The notes beneath the pieces are model-generated. The model saw nothing but the letters and a program-made list of their open reading frames with translations, made no database searches and was not told the DNA's origin. From positions 1 through 57,273 of the forward strand of contig WTCA01000015.1 of the NCBI GenBank assembly GCA_013138805.1: a stretch of 57,273 bases of DNA, given 5' to 3'. Positions 26,464 through 33,018 of this stretch are shown piece by piece. Made by a program: the position numbers and the translations under genes. Position 1 is the first letter of the stretch. The number at the start of each line of letters is the position of its first letter. This DNA comes from an archaeon (lineage in GTDB: Archaea; EX4484-52; GLR71).

Positions 26464-26754
26464 ATGACAAGGTTCAAGAGTGATAGGCAGAGAAAGGCTG
26501 TCATGTCCAAGGTCAAGAACGGGCAGGGTCTGGTGTCAGCCGTCAGGAAGGCTGTCGGTCTGGAGATGTCTGCTGATGAGCGCAAGAGACTGATCAAGGC
26601 GTATGAGCGTGAGATAGAGGCTGACAAGAGGTTGATCAAGGCAGGCAAGGACTTGCCATCCACATTATTGGGCGAGGCGCTGACAGTCACTGGAAAGATC
26701 AGGCTCAGGAATGACCAGAAATTCTTGGACAGGTTGAGGAAGAAAAGAAAGTGA
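26464..26754 (+). CDS. Leader-B family protein (A/B chimeric start MTRFKSD)
   Basis: MTRFKSDRQRKAVMSKV. 96 aa with a basic tail. Confidence 0.8.
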   Translation: MTRFKSDRQRKAVMSKVKNGQGLVSAVRKAVGLEMSADERKRLIKAYEREIEADKRLIKAGKDLPSTLLGEALTVTGKIRLRNDQKFLDRLRKKRK

Positions 26755-26766
26755 ACTGAGCCATAA

Positions 26767-26780
26767 GCTATCTTATAAAC
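26767..26780 (+). promoter_or_regulatory. recurrent promoter motif variant GCTATCTTATAAAC
   Basis: About 22 nt upstream of the ATG at 26802. This implies a leaderless or near-leaderless mRNA. Confidence 0.55.
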
Positions 26781-26801
26781 TATCAGGTCTCATTATCATA
26801 C

Positions 26802-27044
26802 ATGGGTTTCTTGACTTCTTACCTCCAGTTCTGGGACACCCTATGGTACATCATGTTCAGTGGCATGGTCAAGATAGCAAACATCATAACATTCAGCCCT
26901 GAACTTGCACCGCTCAATGTCATAGGTCAACCCACTCCTATCCTTGCGCCGTCCGGCGAGTTTCAGATATCGGTATATTTCTTCATGACATTCATACTGC
27001 ACTTCATAGTGCTGGTCGCACTGATGGACAAGGGCAAGCGTTGA
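26802..27044 (+). CDS. small membrane protein
   Basis: 80 aa with two hydrophobic segments and a KGKR tail. Has its own promoter motif and a T-rich tract after the stop. Confidence 0.6.
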   Translation: MGFLTSYLQFWDTLWYIMFSGMVKIANIITFSPELAPLNVIGQPTPILAPSGEFQISVYFFMTFILHFIVLVALMDKGKR

Positions 27045-27060
27045 AATCTTTTGTTTTTCT
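27041..27060 (+). terminator. oligo-T terminator-like tract
   Basis: TTGAAATCTTTTGTTTTTCT, overlapping and following the stop of 26802..27044. Confidence 0.35.
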
Positions 27061-27072
27061 ACATGCAATAAA

Positions 27073-27233
27073 GGTAAATCTCCATAAGAAATCAAGGTCA
27101 ATCTCCATAGGAAATCAAGGTAAATATCCATAAGAAATCAGGGTAAATCTCCATAGGAAATCAGGGTAAATCTCCATAGGAAATCAAGGTAAATCTCCAT
27201 AGGAAATAAGGGTATGTCTGCATGAGGTAGGGG
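27073..27233. repeat. 23-bp tandem repeat x6 plus one degenerate unit (GGTAAATCTCCATAGGAAATCAR), iteron-like
   Basis: Units counted at 27073, 27096, 27119, 27142, 27165 and 27188, plus a degenerate unit at 27211. Head-to-tail, with no spacers. Lies in a convergent intergenic region. Confidence 0.9.
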
Positions 27234-27396
27234 TGGAGCCGGAAGCCCTGACTTGCCGTGCATCAGGCGCTCCTGACATCCAAGGGTACTCTGCCGACAT
27301 ATATGAACAGGTATGATCGTGTGCTATGTGGACAGGACATATAATTATATCTCTGATGCTTATATACCTGCAGAGATGGATGTATATAAAGTTAAT

Positions 27397-27717
27397 TTAG
27401 ATGATCTGTAGGACACAGCAATGGCAGTCACACCTGTGCTCTCTCCTGTCACCCTTGAAGCGTCCGACAGGATGCACGGCACCGTGACTGCATGTCCAGC
27501 CTATGCCACCGTCAGGATCATGGGACAGGTCAGATTCCCTGAGTCCGTACATGTGTGCTGTCCTTCTCAGCATGTCTCCTCTGGTCTCTTTGAGTATCCC
27601 CAGATCGACAAGGTCGATGTGCTGTCCTGCCGTATGTCCTGACCTCTTGCAGATGGAGCACCAGTTAGAATTGTCTCTGTCTGATGCCGTGTCTGTCTGG
27701 GCGTACATGATGATCAT
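27397..27717 (-). CDS. Cys/His-rich protein with zinc-knuckle-like motif
   Basis: 106 aa. CSICKRSGHTAGQH (CX2CX4HX4H) and HRCDCHCC. ATGA overlap with the upstream minus-strand gene. Confidence 0.55.
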   Translation of the reverse strand: MIIMYAQTDTASDRDNSNWCSICKRSGHTAGQHIDLVDLGILKETRGDMLRRTAHMYGLRESDLSHDPDGGIGWTCSHGAVHPVGRFKGDRREHRCDCHCCVLQII

Positions 27718-27947
27718 CTCTCAGCTATTCTTGATCTTAATGCTTCTTTGATCGCTGATTTCAGACCTTTTATCCTGAGACTATCTTCATGTAGCACTCT
27801 GTCATTTGTCTTCATGTAACCGTTTAATGATACACAGCTGTCAACAGAGATCAGGTGCAGTAGATCTTCCGCTTCTTCAATTGTTTCCAGCTTGATTATG
27901 ATCGGTACGAACGGTTCAGTCTCTCTTTCAATTCTCATCATTTTCAC
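27714..27947 (-). CDS. hypothetical protein
   Basis: 77 aa ORF in the minus-strand operon. Confidence 0.5.
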   Translation of the reverse strand: MKMMRIERETEPFVPIIIKLETIEEAEDLLHLISVDSCVSLNGYMKTNDRVLHEDSLRIKGLKSAIKEALRSRIAER

Positions 27948-28323
27948 CTGTATTCAATAATTCTGGATTCTTGAACCTGTTTCCTATGATGACATACGCA
28001 TTTTTTGAGACGTAGTGCCATAGGCTGTCATTCCCTAGACAGAACATGCCATACTCTAAAGTGACGACCTTCTTACTTGCATCTTTATGTCCTTCAAATT
28101 GCAGTATGTCACCTACATAGATATCTTTGCCGTCCTTGTCTTGGAGTCCTGTGAACTGTACAAGGTCAACACGTTCTGCAGTGACAAATTCATTACAGTA
28201 TCTATTTTGGATCTCTATGATGAAAGTTGATTTACCATACTCTGTGATATATCTTATGCTGTTTACTCTCTTGAACAGTTTTTCTTTTTTGTCCCATGCC
28301 TTAAATTGTGGGTGTGCTTCCAT
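27928..28323 (-). CDS. YopX-family protein
   Basis: 131 aa. DKDGKDIYVGDIL ... IIGNRFKNPELL is the characteristic YopX pattern. Confidence 0.75.
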   Translation of the reverse strand: MEAHPQFKAWDKKEKLFKRVNSIRYITEYGKSTFIIEIQNRYCNEFVTAERVDLVQFTGLQDKDGKDIYVGDILQFEGHKDASKKVVTLEYGMFCLGNDSLWHYVSKNAYVIIGNRFKNPELLNTGENDEN

Positions 28324-28362
28324 GATATATCATCTATTATCTGATAAAAATTGGAGAGTTGT

Positions 28363-28393
28363 CAGGAACCCCTGAGAAGACTGAGGGTTCCTG
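28363..28393 (-). terminator. 9-bp stem hairpin (CAGGAACCC/GGGTTCCTG) followed by a T-tract on the minus strand
   Basis: Perfect inverted repeat with a 13-nt loop, between the stop of 28471..28950 and the start of the YopX gene. Confidence 0.45.
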
Positions 28394-28470
28394 ATAACTT
28401 GGATCTGTCCACGACATCCCCTTCACAGGATATCAGGTGAACTATGATATGTGATATGTGTGCGACTTCC

Positions 28471-28950
28471 TTATATGTCCTGAAGCCTTCTCATGTACAG
28501 TCCCATCATGCACACTAAGATAGGTATCATGGCGCTGGAGAACTCAGGTATCGCCACATCCTCTTCAGGCTCGCCGTTCGATGACGATGATGACAGGCTG
28601 TATGAACTACCGCCACCGGAGAACGATCCGCATGAGTTGGTCTTGTTGTGCAGGTACAGTATGCATACCTCTCCGTCTGACAGGTCTGGGTCTATGGGAT
28701 TGCTGAGCACGATATATTCATCTGTGTCTGGCTCAGGCTCTGGCTCTGGCTCTGGCTCTGGCATGTCCATCATGCCTTCTATGGCATCTGCAAGGTCAGG
28801 GGTAAGGTCTGAGGCAAGGGCTACTGTGTCATTGTCAGGATCCTGATGCCGGCTCACCATGTTGTTGTCATTGATTATATAGAACAGGGAAAGGGTTATG
28901 CATAGCACTGATACGATCGCTATTGTGATCAGCTTTCCTTTAATCTCCAT
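28471..28950 (-). CDS. membrane/secreted protein with PEF-CTERM-like sorting tail
   Basis: N-terminal TM segment, a (PE)6 repeat and a Ser-rich linker. C-terminus IPEFSSAMIPILVCMMGLYMRRLQDI is a PEF motif, then a TM helix, then RR. Confidence 0.65.
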   Translation of the reverse strand: MEIKGKLITIAIVSVLCITLSLFYIINDNNMVSRHQDPDNDTVALASDLTPDLADAIEGMMDMPEPEPEPEPEPDTDEYIVLSNPIDPDLSDGEVCILYLHNKTNSCGSFSGGGSSYSLSSSSSNGEPEEDVAIPEFSSAMIPILVCMMGLYMRRLQDI

Positions 28951-28965
28951 GTCATCTCATCCTCA

Positions 28966-29544
28966 TCATTGATTTATAGAGATATCTTTAAATCCTTTGT
29001 GTAGCATCTTCAGGTGTGACATGTCTACCACGGCGCCATGCCTGATGAAGACGTCATGAAATCTCTCATAATGATCGCCCCAGTAGATCATGGCACATGC
29101 CATAGGGGCACCCTTCCCTATGTCCTCTCCATCCTCTAAAAATCTTAGGCGGGTGTCAGACAAGAAGCAGACAGCGTTCGCTCTCCCATAGATGCTCCTT
29201 TTCCAATGTCCTGTGTTCGTGGCTACGGGGACAAGCGCCATGACCTCTGAACCGTATTCTTCATGTGCCTGCGCACATCTCTCTAACCATTGCCCTATCG
29301 TCGTCTTTCTCTCTCTGTCTCTTCCGTACGGTGGGTTGACATAGATGTTCAGATAGTTCCAAGACTCTTTCAGCCCATCTTTTTCAGGCAGGGTATATTC
29401 TATGTCGGCGTCGGTGATCGAGTGCTTATTTGAGCAGGGATCTAAGGCTATGTCTGCCCTGAACACTTCTCTGACAGCATCAACATACTTTTTAGGTGTG
29501 CCCCATTCTTTATTCTTTGAGATGACTTCTCTTCCTGCGGTCAT
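28966..29544 (-). CDS. DNA N6-adenine methyltransferase (phage Dam-type)
   Basis: EWGTPKKYVDAVREVF..IALDPCS and the catalytic NPPYG motif. 192 aa. Confidence 0.8.
   Translation of the reverse strand: MTAGREVISKNKEWGTPKKYVDAVREVFRADIALDPCSNKHSITDADIEYTLPEKDGLKESWNYLNIYVNPPYGRDRERKTTIGQWLERCAQAHEEYGSEVMALVPVATNTGHWKRSIYGRANAVCFLSDTRLRFLEDGEDIGKGAPMACAMIYWGDHYERFHDVFIRHGAVVDMSHLKMLHKGFKDISINQ
28977..29015. repeat. 39-bp perfect direct repeat, copy 1
   Basis: TAGAGATATCTTTAAATCCTTTGTGTAGCATCTTCAGGT. Identical to 29567-29605. Encodes LKMLHKGFKDIS at the 3' end of the methyltransferase gene. Confidence 0.95.
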
Positions 29545-29555
29545 CTTTTACCCCA

Positions 29556-29852
29556 TCATAAAATTTTAGAGATATCTTTAAATCCTTTGTGTAGCATCTT
29601 CAGGTATATTCTTAGCATCCTGACAGGCATGTAACGTAGGTCTTTGCACCTTGTCCTGTATCCTGCGATCAGCTCCATGCTATCGCAGGTGACAGGGTTC
29701 CTGAGACGGGCATACAGATTGTCAGTCCACTTTGAGCTGTTGGCACACCTGTTCTGGTATATGCATAGCGGGCACCATCTAGGTCTTTTCAGACCATAGG
29801 TACTGAAATCTGTACTGCTCTTCGTACTGCTCCTGTGCTTGTCTATAGCCAT
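29556..29852 (-). CDS. Cys-rich hypothetical protein
   Basis: 98 aa. The C-terminal 12 codons are identical to those of the Dam gene (39-bp repeat). Confidence 0.55.
   Translation of the reverse strand: MAIDKHRSSTKSSTDFSTYGLKRPRWCPLCIYQNRCANSSKWTDNLYARLRNPVTCDSMELIAGYRTRCKDLRYMPVRMLRIYLKMLHKGFKDISKIL
29567..29605. repeat. 39-bp perfect direct repeat, copy 2
   Basis: Identical to 28977-29015. Confidence 0.95.
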
Positions 29853-29889
29853 GGTCTCATATCATATTTGGTGTCTGTCCTTATTAAAT

Positions 29890-29911
29890 CTTGTACATTC
29901 AGATGTACAAG
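29890..29911. promoter_or_regulatory. operator-like palindrome CTTGTACAT-TCAG-ATGTACAAG
   Basis: Perfect 9-bp arms. Lies in the divergent intergenic region. Confidence 0.6.
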
Positions 29912-29923
29912 ACTATATAAATG

Positions 29924-29945
29924 CTTATACATTATAATGTATAAG
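29924..29945. promoter_or_regulatory. operator-like perfect 22-bp palindrome CTTATACATTATAATGTATAAG
   Basis: Self-complementary over all 22 nt. Related half-site to the palindrome at 29890. TATATAAA lies between the two. Confidence 0.6.
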
Positions 29946-30022
29946 TTTTGACCAAAATATTTATGACTTTACAGTGATAGATACATTTATAAAGGTATAT
30001 GTCCTATATATAATTAATAGGA

Positions 30023-30036
30023 CTTATAAATCCTAT
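30023..30036 (+). promoter_or_regulatory. TATA-like promoter CTTATAAATCCTAT
   Basis: Followed by AAAGGAG (SD) and the ATG at 30049. The TATAAATCCTAT string recurs at 32805-32819. Confidence 0.5.
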
Positions 30037-30048
30037 AAAGGAGATTCG

Positions 30049-30381
30049 ATGATCATGCAAGATACAAGAGATGTGCCTGCCAAAGAGAAGATGGTAGACC
30101 TGACTGACGCTCTGGAAAGATATACCGTAGAGGCGACCAGAGAGTTTCTGGAGAACCTGAAGAAGAGCGATATCATGGAGATGAGCTTTAATCACGGCGA
30201 GATAATCATAGTACGAGTTCTAGAGGAAGATCTGGGATCCACGCCTGATGACATGAAATATGTCGTGGAGGTCTTATATGTAATCAGGTCAGAAGGGGTG
30301 ACCAATGAATCCCATAAGGTCGGGGACAGGAGATGGGTCAGGGTCTACAACCTGAAAAGGTGCGGGTCAATCAAGACCTGA
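30049..30381 (+). CDS. hypothetical protein
   Basis: Track ORF 29974..30381. The ATG at 30049 follows the GGAG SD and gives MIMQDTRDVPAKEK.... Confidence 0.6.
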   Translation: MIMQDTRDVPAKEKMVDLTDALERYTVEATREFLENLKKSDIMEMSFNHGEIIIVRVLEEDLGSTPDDMKYVVEVLYVIRSEGVTNESHKVGDRRWVRVYNLKRCGSIKT

Positions 30382-30415
30382 TAACCTTGACCTTATATAT
30401 GAGGGGCTGATTATT

Positions 30416-30523
30416 ATGGAAGAGAAGAAAAATATGATCAAGGTGTATATCTTGAAGCATATGGCTGAGGAGCTGAGAGCCTGCGACCATGATGTCATGG
30501 AAGGTCATGCCGATCTGGGCTGA
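30416..30523 (+). CDS. hypothetical small protein (35 aa, hand-translated)
   Basis: MEEKKNMIKVYILKHMAEELRACDHDVMEGHADLG. GAGGGG lies upstream. Confidence 0.35.
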   Translation: MEEKKNMIKVYILKHMAEELRACDHDVMEGHADLG

Positions 30524-30533
30524 TGGAGGATTG

Positions 30534-30848
30534 ATGGATATGAAATTGATTGAACTGCTGAAAGGCATGGAAGAGTTTGACGGTAGGCTGATAGTCAAGG
30601 ATGCGTTTGAGAGCCGGTTCGGCTTCTGCTGGGGCAATGACACGACCGTCACAGCCGAGGGCTTGGACAGGTTCAGGAAGATGCTCAATTCAGAGATAAA
30701 GATAGACGGCAACGTGATAATATTGCTGGATGAGACCATAGAGGAAGACGAGTATGACTTCTTCATGTCAACCTTTGCAGGGTTCGGGTCTGCGAAGGAC
30801 TATGACAGATGGTTCAAGGAAGAAGGCATAGATTATACCAGAGACTGA
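30534..30848 (+). CDS. hypothetical protein
   Basis: Track ORF 30489..30848. The ATG at 30534 is preceded by GGAGGA. Confidence 0.55.
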   Translation: MDMKLIELLKGMEEFDGRLIVKDAFESRFGFCWGNDTTVTAEGLDRFRKMLNSEIKIDGNVIILLDETIEEDEYDFFMSTFAGFGSAKDYDRWFKEEGIDYTRD

Positions 30849-30858
30849 GGCAATTTAT

Positions 30859-31335
30859 ATGGCAGAAGACGACAAGGCAGAGGAAGGCGAGATGACAGCA
30901 TTGAGATATGCAGGTCAGGACAGGGAGAGACAGCTATGGCTGACTGCGGAACAGACAGAGAACCTAAAGTCATTCATGGCACAGGATCATGTATACTCGG
31001 CTGACGGGACGTGCCATGTACGGTACGTGGCAGACTTTGGGACATTGTACATATCACCTGTCAATAGATGTGGCTCATTCATGTTCTTAGGGACTAAGAG
31101 ACATAGGGACGATCTATGTCAAAGAGAGATTGTGCAGAGAGATACAGAACTGCGAGATGCCATCATCAAGGCTGAATCAATACTTAAAGCCAATATCATA
31201 GATGCAGACAAGGCATTCAAGGCAGGGCTGATAACAGATGATCAGAAATATATGCTCATCCGCATCTGCCAGAAAGAGGTCGATATCCTGAAGAAGAGGG
31301 CTATGGTGCTTAACATAGATATAGGAGGTAAGTGA
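30859..31335 (+). CDS. hypothetical protein
   Basis: 158 aa ORF in a same-strand operon. Confidence 0.6.
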   Translation: MAEDDKAEEGEMTALRYAGQDRERQLWLTAEQTENLKSFMAQDHVYSADGTCHVRYVADFGTLYISPVNRCGSFMFLGTKRHRDDLCQREIVQRDTELRDAIIKAESILKANIIDADKAFKAGLITDDQKYMLIRICQKEVDILKKRAMVLNIDIGGK

Positions 31336-31336
31336 C

Positions 31337-32209
31337 ATGGTGAATAGCAAGTGCAGGACAGAAGACATGTACGGCATGGTCACCGACAGGCTGATAGCTG
31401 AGATCGAGAAAGGAGGTCTCAGGTGGGTCAAGGGCTGGACTCAGACAGGTCTGCCTATGAACGGTGCCACCAAGACCAGTTACAGAGGCATCAACATGCT
31501 ATGGCTCATGATGGAGATACGGGACAAGGGCTATAAGTCTAACAGGTTCTACACCTACAGGCAGGTCAAGGGACTCAAAGGGCATGTGATCGCAGGGTCT
31601 AAGGGACTGCCTATATTCTTCTACAAGCCGATCGAGATATCTGTTGAGAACAAGGAGACGGGCAAGCAGGAGATCAAGAGGATACCTATGTTGCGCAGTT
31701 TCATCGTGTTCAACCAAGACCAGACATCGCTGAAAGGCATGGATGCTGATGCGGTGAGAGAGCCGGTGGAGATCATCAAGATCTGCGAGGACATAGCAGG
31801 ATGGTCTGACAGTCCCAGAATGATGACTGACAGCTCGGCATATTACATGTCTAGGTGGGATATCATAGGGATTCCAGACATGCAGTCGTTCCGCACTGCT
31901 GAGATGTATTACGCCACGCTGTTCCATGAGATGATCCATAGCACTGGGTCTAAGGGCAGGCTGAACCGTGACGGTATCGTCAAGACCAATGCGTTCGGCT
32001 CAGACATGTATTCAAGAGAGGAGATCATAGCCGAGCTGGGTGCCAGTATACTGTGTGCCAAGGCAGGAATATTTGAGGACAATGTCAGCAACAGCAGTGC
32101 ATATATAGACAGCTGGCTCAGGAGCCTCAAGAAAGATAAGAGATTCATATTCAAGGTGATGAGTCAGGTGCAGGCATCTGTCGACCTCATCACAGGTACA
32201 GGATCGTAG
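31337..32209 (+). CDS. ardC: ArdC-like antirestriction protein (ssDNA-binding N-domain + zincin metallopeptidase domain)
   Basis: N-terminal GGLRWVKGW...PMNGATKTSYRGINMLWL and C-terminal LFHEMIHSTGSKGRLNRD (HExxH) match the ArdC architecture. Confidence 0.8.
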   Translation: MVNSKCRTEDMYGMVTDRLIAEIEKGGLRWVKGWTQTGLPMNGATKTSYRGINMLWLMMEIRDKGYKSNRFYTYRQVKGLKGHVIAGSKGLPIFFYKPIEISVENKETGKQEIKRIPMLRSFIVFNQDQTSLKGMDADAVREPVEIIKICEDIAGWSDSPRMMTDSSAYYMSRWDIIGIPDMQSFRTAEMYYATLFHEMIHSTGSKGRLNRDGIVKTNAFGSDMYSREEIIAELGASILCAKAGIFEDNVSNSSAYIDSWLRSLKKDKRFIFKVMSQVQASVDLITGTGS

Positions 32210-32226
32210 AGGGATAGGTGTAAATT

Positions 32227-32541
32227 ATGAAGACTGTAGATAAAGAGAACAGCAGGATCACTATTGAGCTGGCGGATGATACGGACGGACAATCTGCGCT
32301 GGTGCATATATCATTGAAGTCACATAAGGATGCCAGACAGATCATCAAGGTACTGGACAATGTCAAGAGACGCATGATAGAAATATCTGAGAAAGGCATA
32401 GGCTTGGACAGGGTCAGGGAATGTCTAAAAGACGATGTTGATGCAGGTAGCTCTCAGTCCTATGAGGAAGACCTGTCCAAGCTGGTCGGGGATGATAAGG
32501 ACATGGATGATGGCAAGGGCAAGAGAAAGGAACGGAGCTGA
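32227..32541 (+). CDS. hypothetical protein
   Basis: 104 aa ORF. Confidence 0.55.
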   Translation: MKTVDKENSRITIELADDTDGQSALVHISLKSHKDARQIIKVLDNVKRRMIEISEKGIGLDRVRECLKDDVDAGSSQSYEEDLSKLVGDDKDMDDGKGKRKERS

Positions 32542-32542
32542 T

Positions 32543-32755
32543 ATGACGATGATACTGATAGACAATGACCAGAAAGCCTTGATAGGCGTGACCCAGACAT
32601 CGTACTTGCTTGATCTGGACGGCGGTCTGTCCGACAGGCTGAGAGCATTGCTCAGACATGAGTTGCTGGCTATACTGAAGTCTAAAGGGATAACTGATGT
32701 CAACAAGCTAGATGTATCGATCAGCGCACACATAATGGCGGTCACGAAAGAGTAA
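32543..32755 (+). CDS. hypothetical protein
   Basis: Track ORF 32435..32755. The ATG at 32543 starts 2 nt after the upstream stop and gives MTMILIDNDQK.... Confidence 0.5.
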   Translation: MTMILIDNDQKALIGVTQTSYLLDLDGGLSDRLRALLRHELLAILKSKGITDVNKLDVSISAHIMAVTKE

Positions 32756-32804
32756 TCACCAGACAGGAACACTTATAAAGATATTCAGTGAACCTATATT
32801 AAGA

Positions 32805-32819
32805 ATATATAAATCCTAT
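32805..32819 (+). promoter_or_regulatory. TATA-like promoter ATATATAAATCCTAT
   Basis: Same TATAAATCCTAT string as at 30025. Followed by GGAGAG and the ATG at 32838. Confidence 0.5.
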
Positions 32820-32837
32820 TGGAGAGTTGAGATACAT

Positions 32838-33017
32838 ATGACTATGACAAACTTTAAGCTTGCACAGAAGCAAGAGGACATATTGGTGGATGCACTGTCT
32901 AACGTACCGCTGAACCAGATAAAGCTAAGCTATACAGACATGACATCACTGATTCATATAGTTCGGGACTATGGTATGATTAGCCGTAGATCTGAAGGTG
33001 GAAAGGAGACTGAGTAA
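32838..33017 (+). CDS. hypothetical small protein (59 aa, hand-translated)
   Basis: MTMTNFKLAQKQEDILVDALSNVPLNQIKLSYTDMTSLIHIVRDYGMISRRSEGGKETE. Promoter and SD lie upstream. Confidence 0.5.
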   Translation: MTMTNFKLAQKQEDILVDALSNVPLNQIKLSYTDMTSLIHIVRDYGMISRRSEGGKETE

Positions 33018-33018
33018 G

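Noticed and set aside
8434-26754. Leaders A and B as Sec, Tat or type IV pilin (class III) signal peptides.
   Set aside because: No hydrophobic h-region follows the basic leader, except in the single hybrid gene at 17258. There is no twin-arginine consensus and no G/A-then-hydrophobic prepilin site.
8434-26754. The A/B gene pairs as classical toxin-antitoxin modules.
   Set aside because: No recognisable toxin or antitoxin fold motifs are present. An uninterrupted run of eleven A genes (12.9-19.5 kb) has no B partner. Sizes are highly variable. The idea is kept only as a weak sub-hypothesis.
27073-27233. The 23-bp repeat block as a CRISPR array.
   Set aside because: The repeats are directly abutting with no spacers, the units are slightly degenerate, and there are no cas genes or leader.
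27211-27396. The GC-rich segment after the tandem repeats as a tRNA or attachment-site remnant.
   Set aside because: No cloverleaf could be drawn, no GTTCRANYC T-loop is present and no flanking integrase is present.
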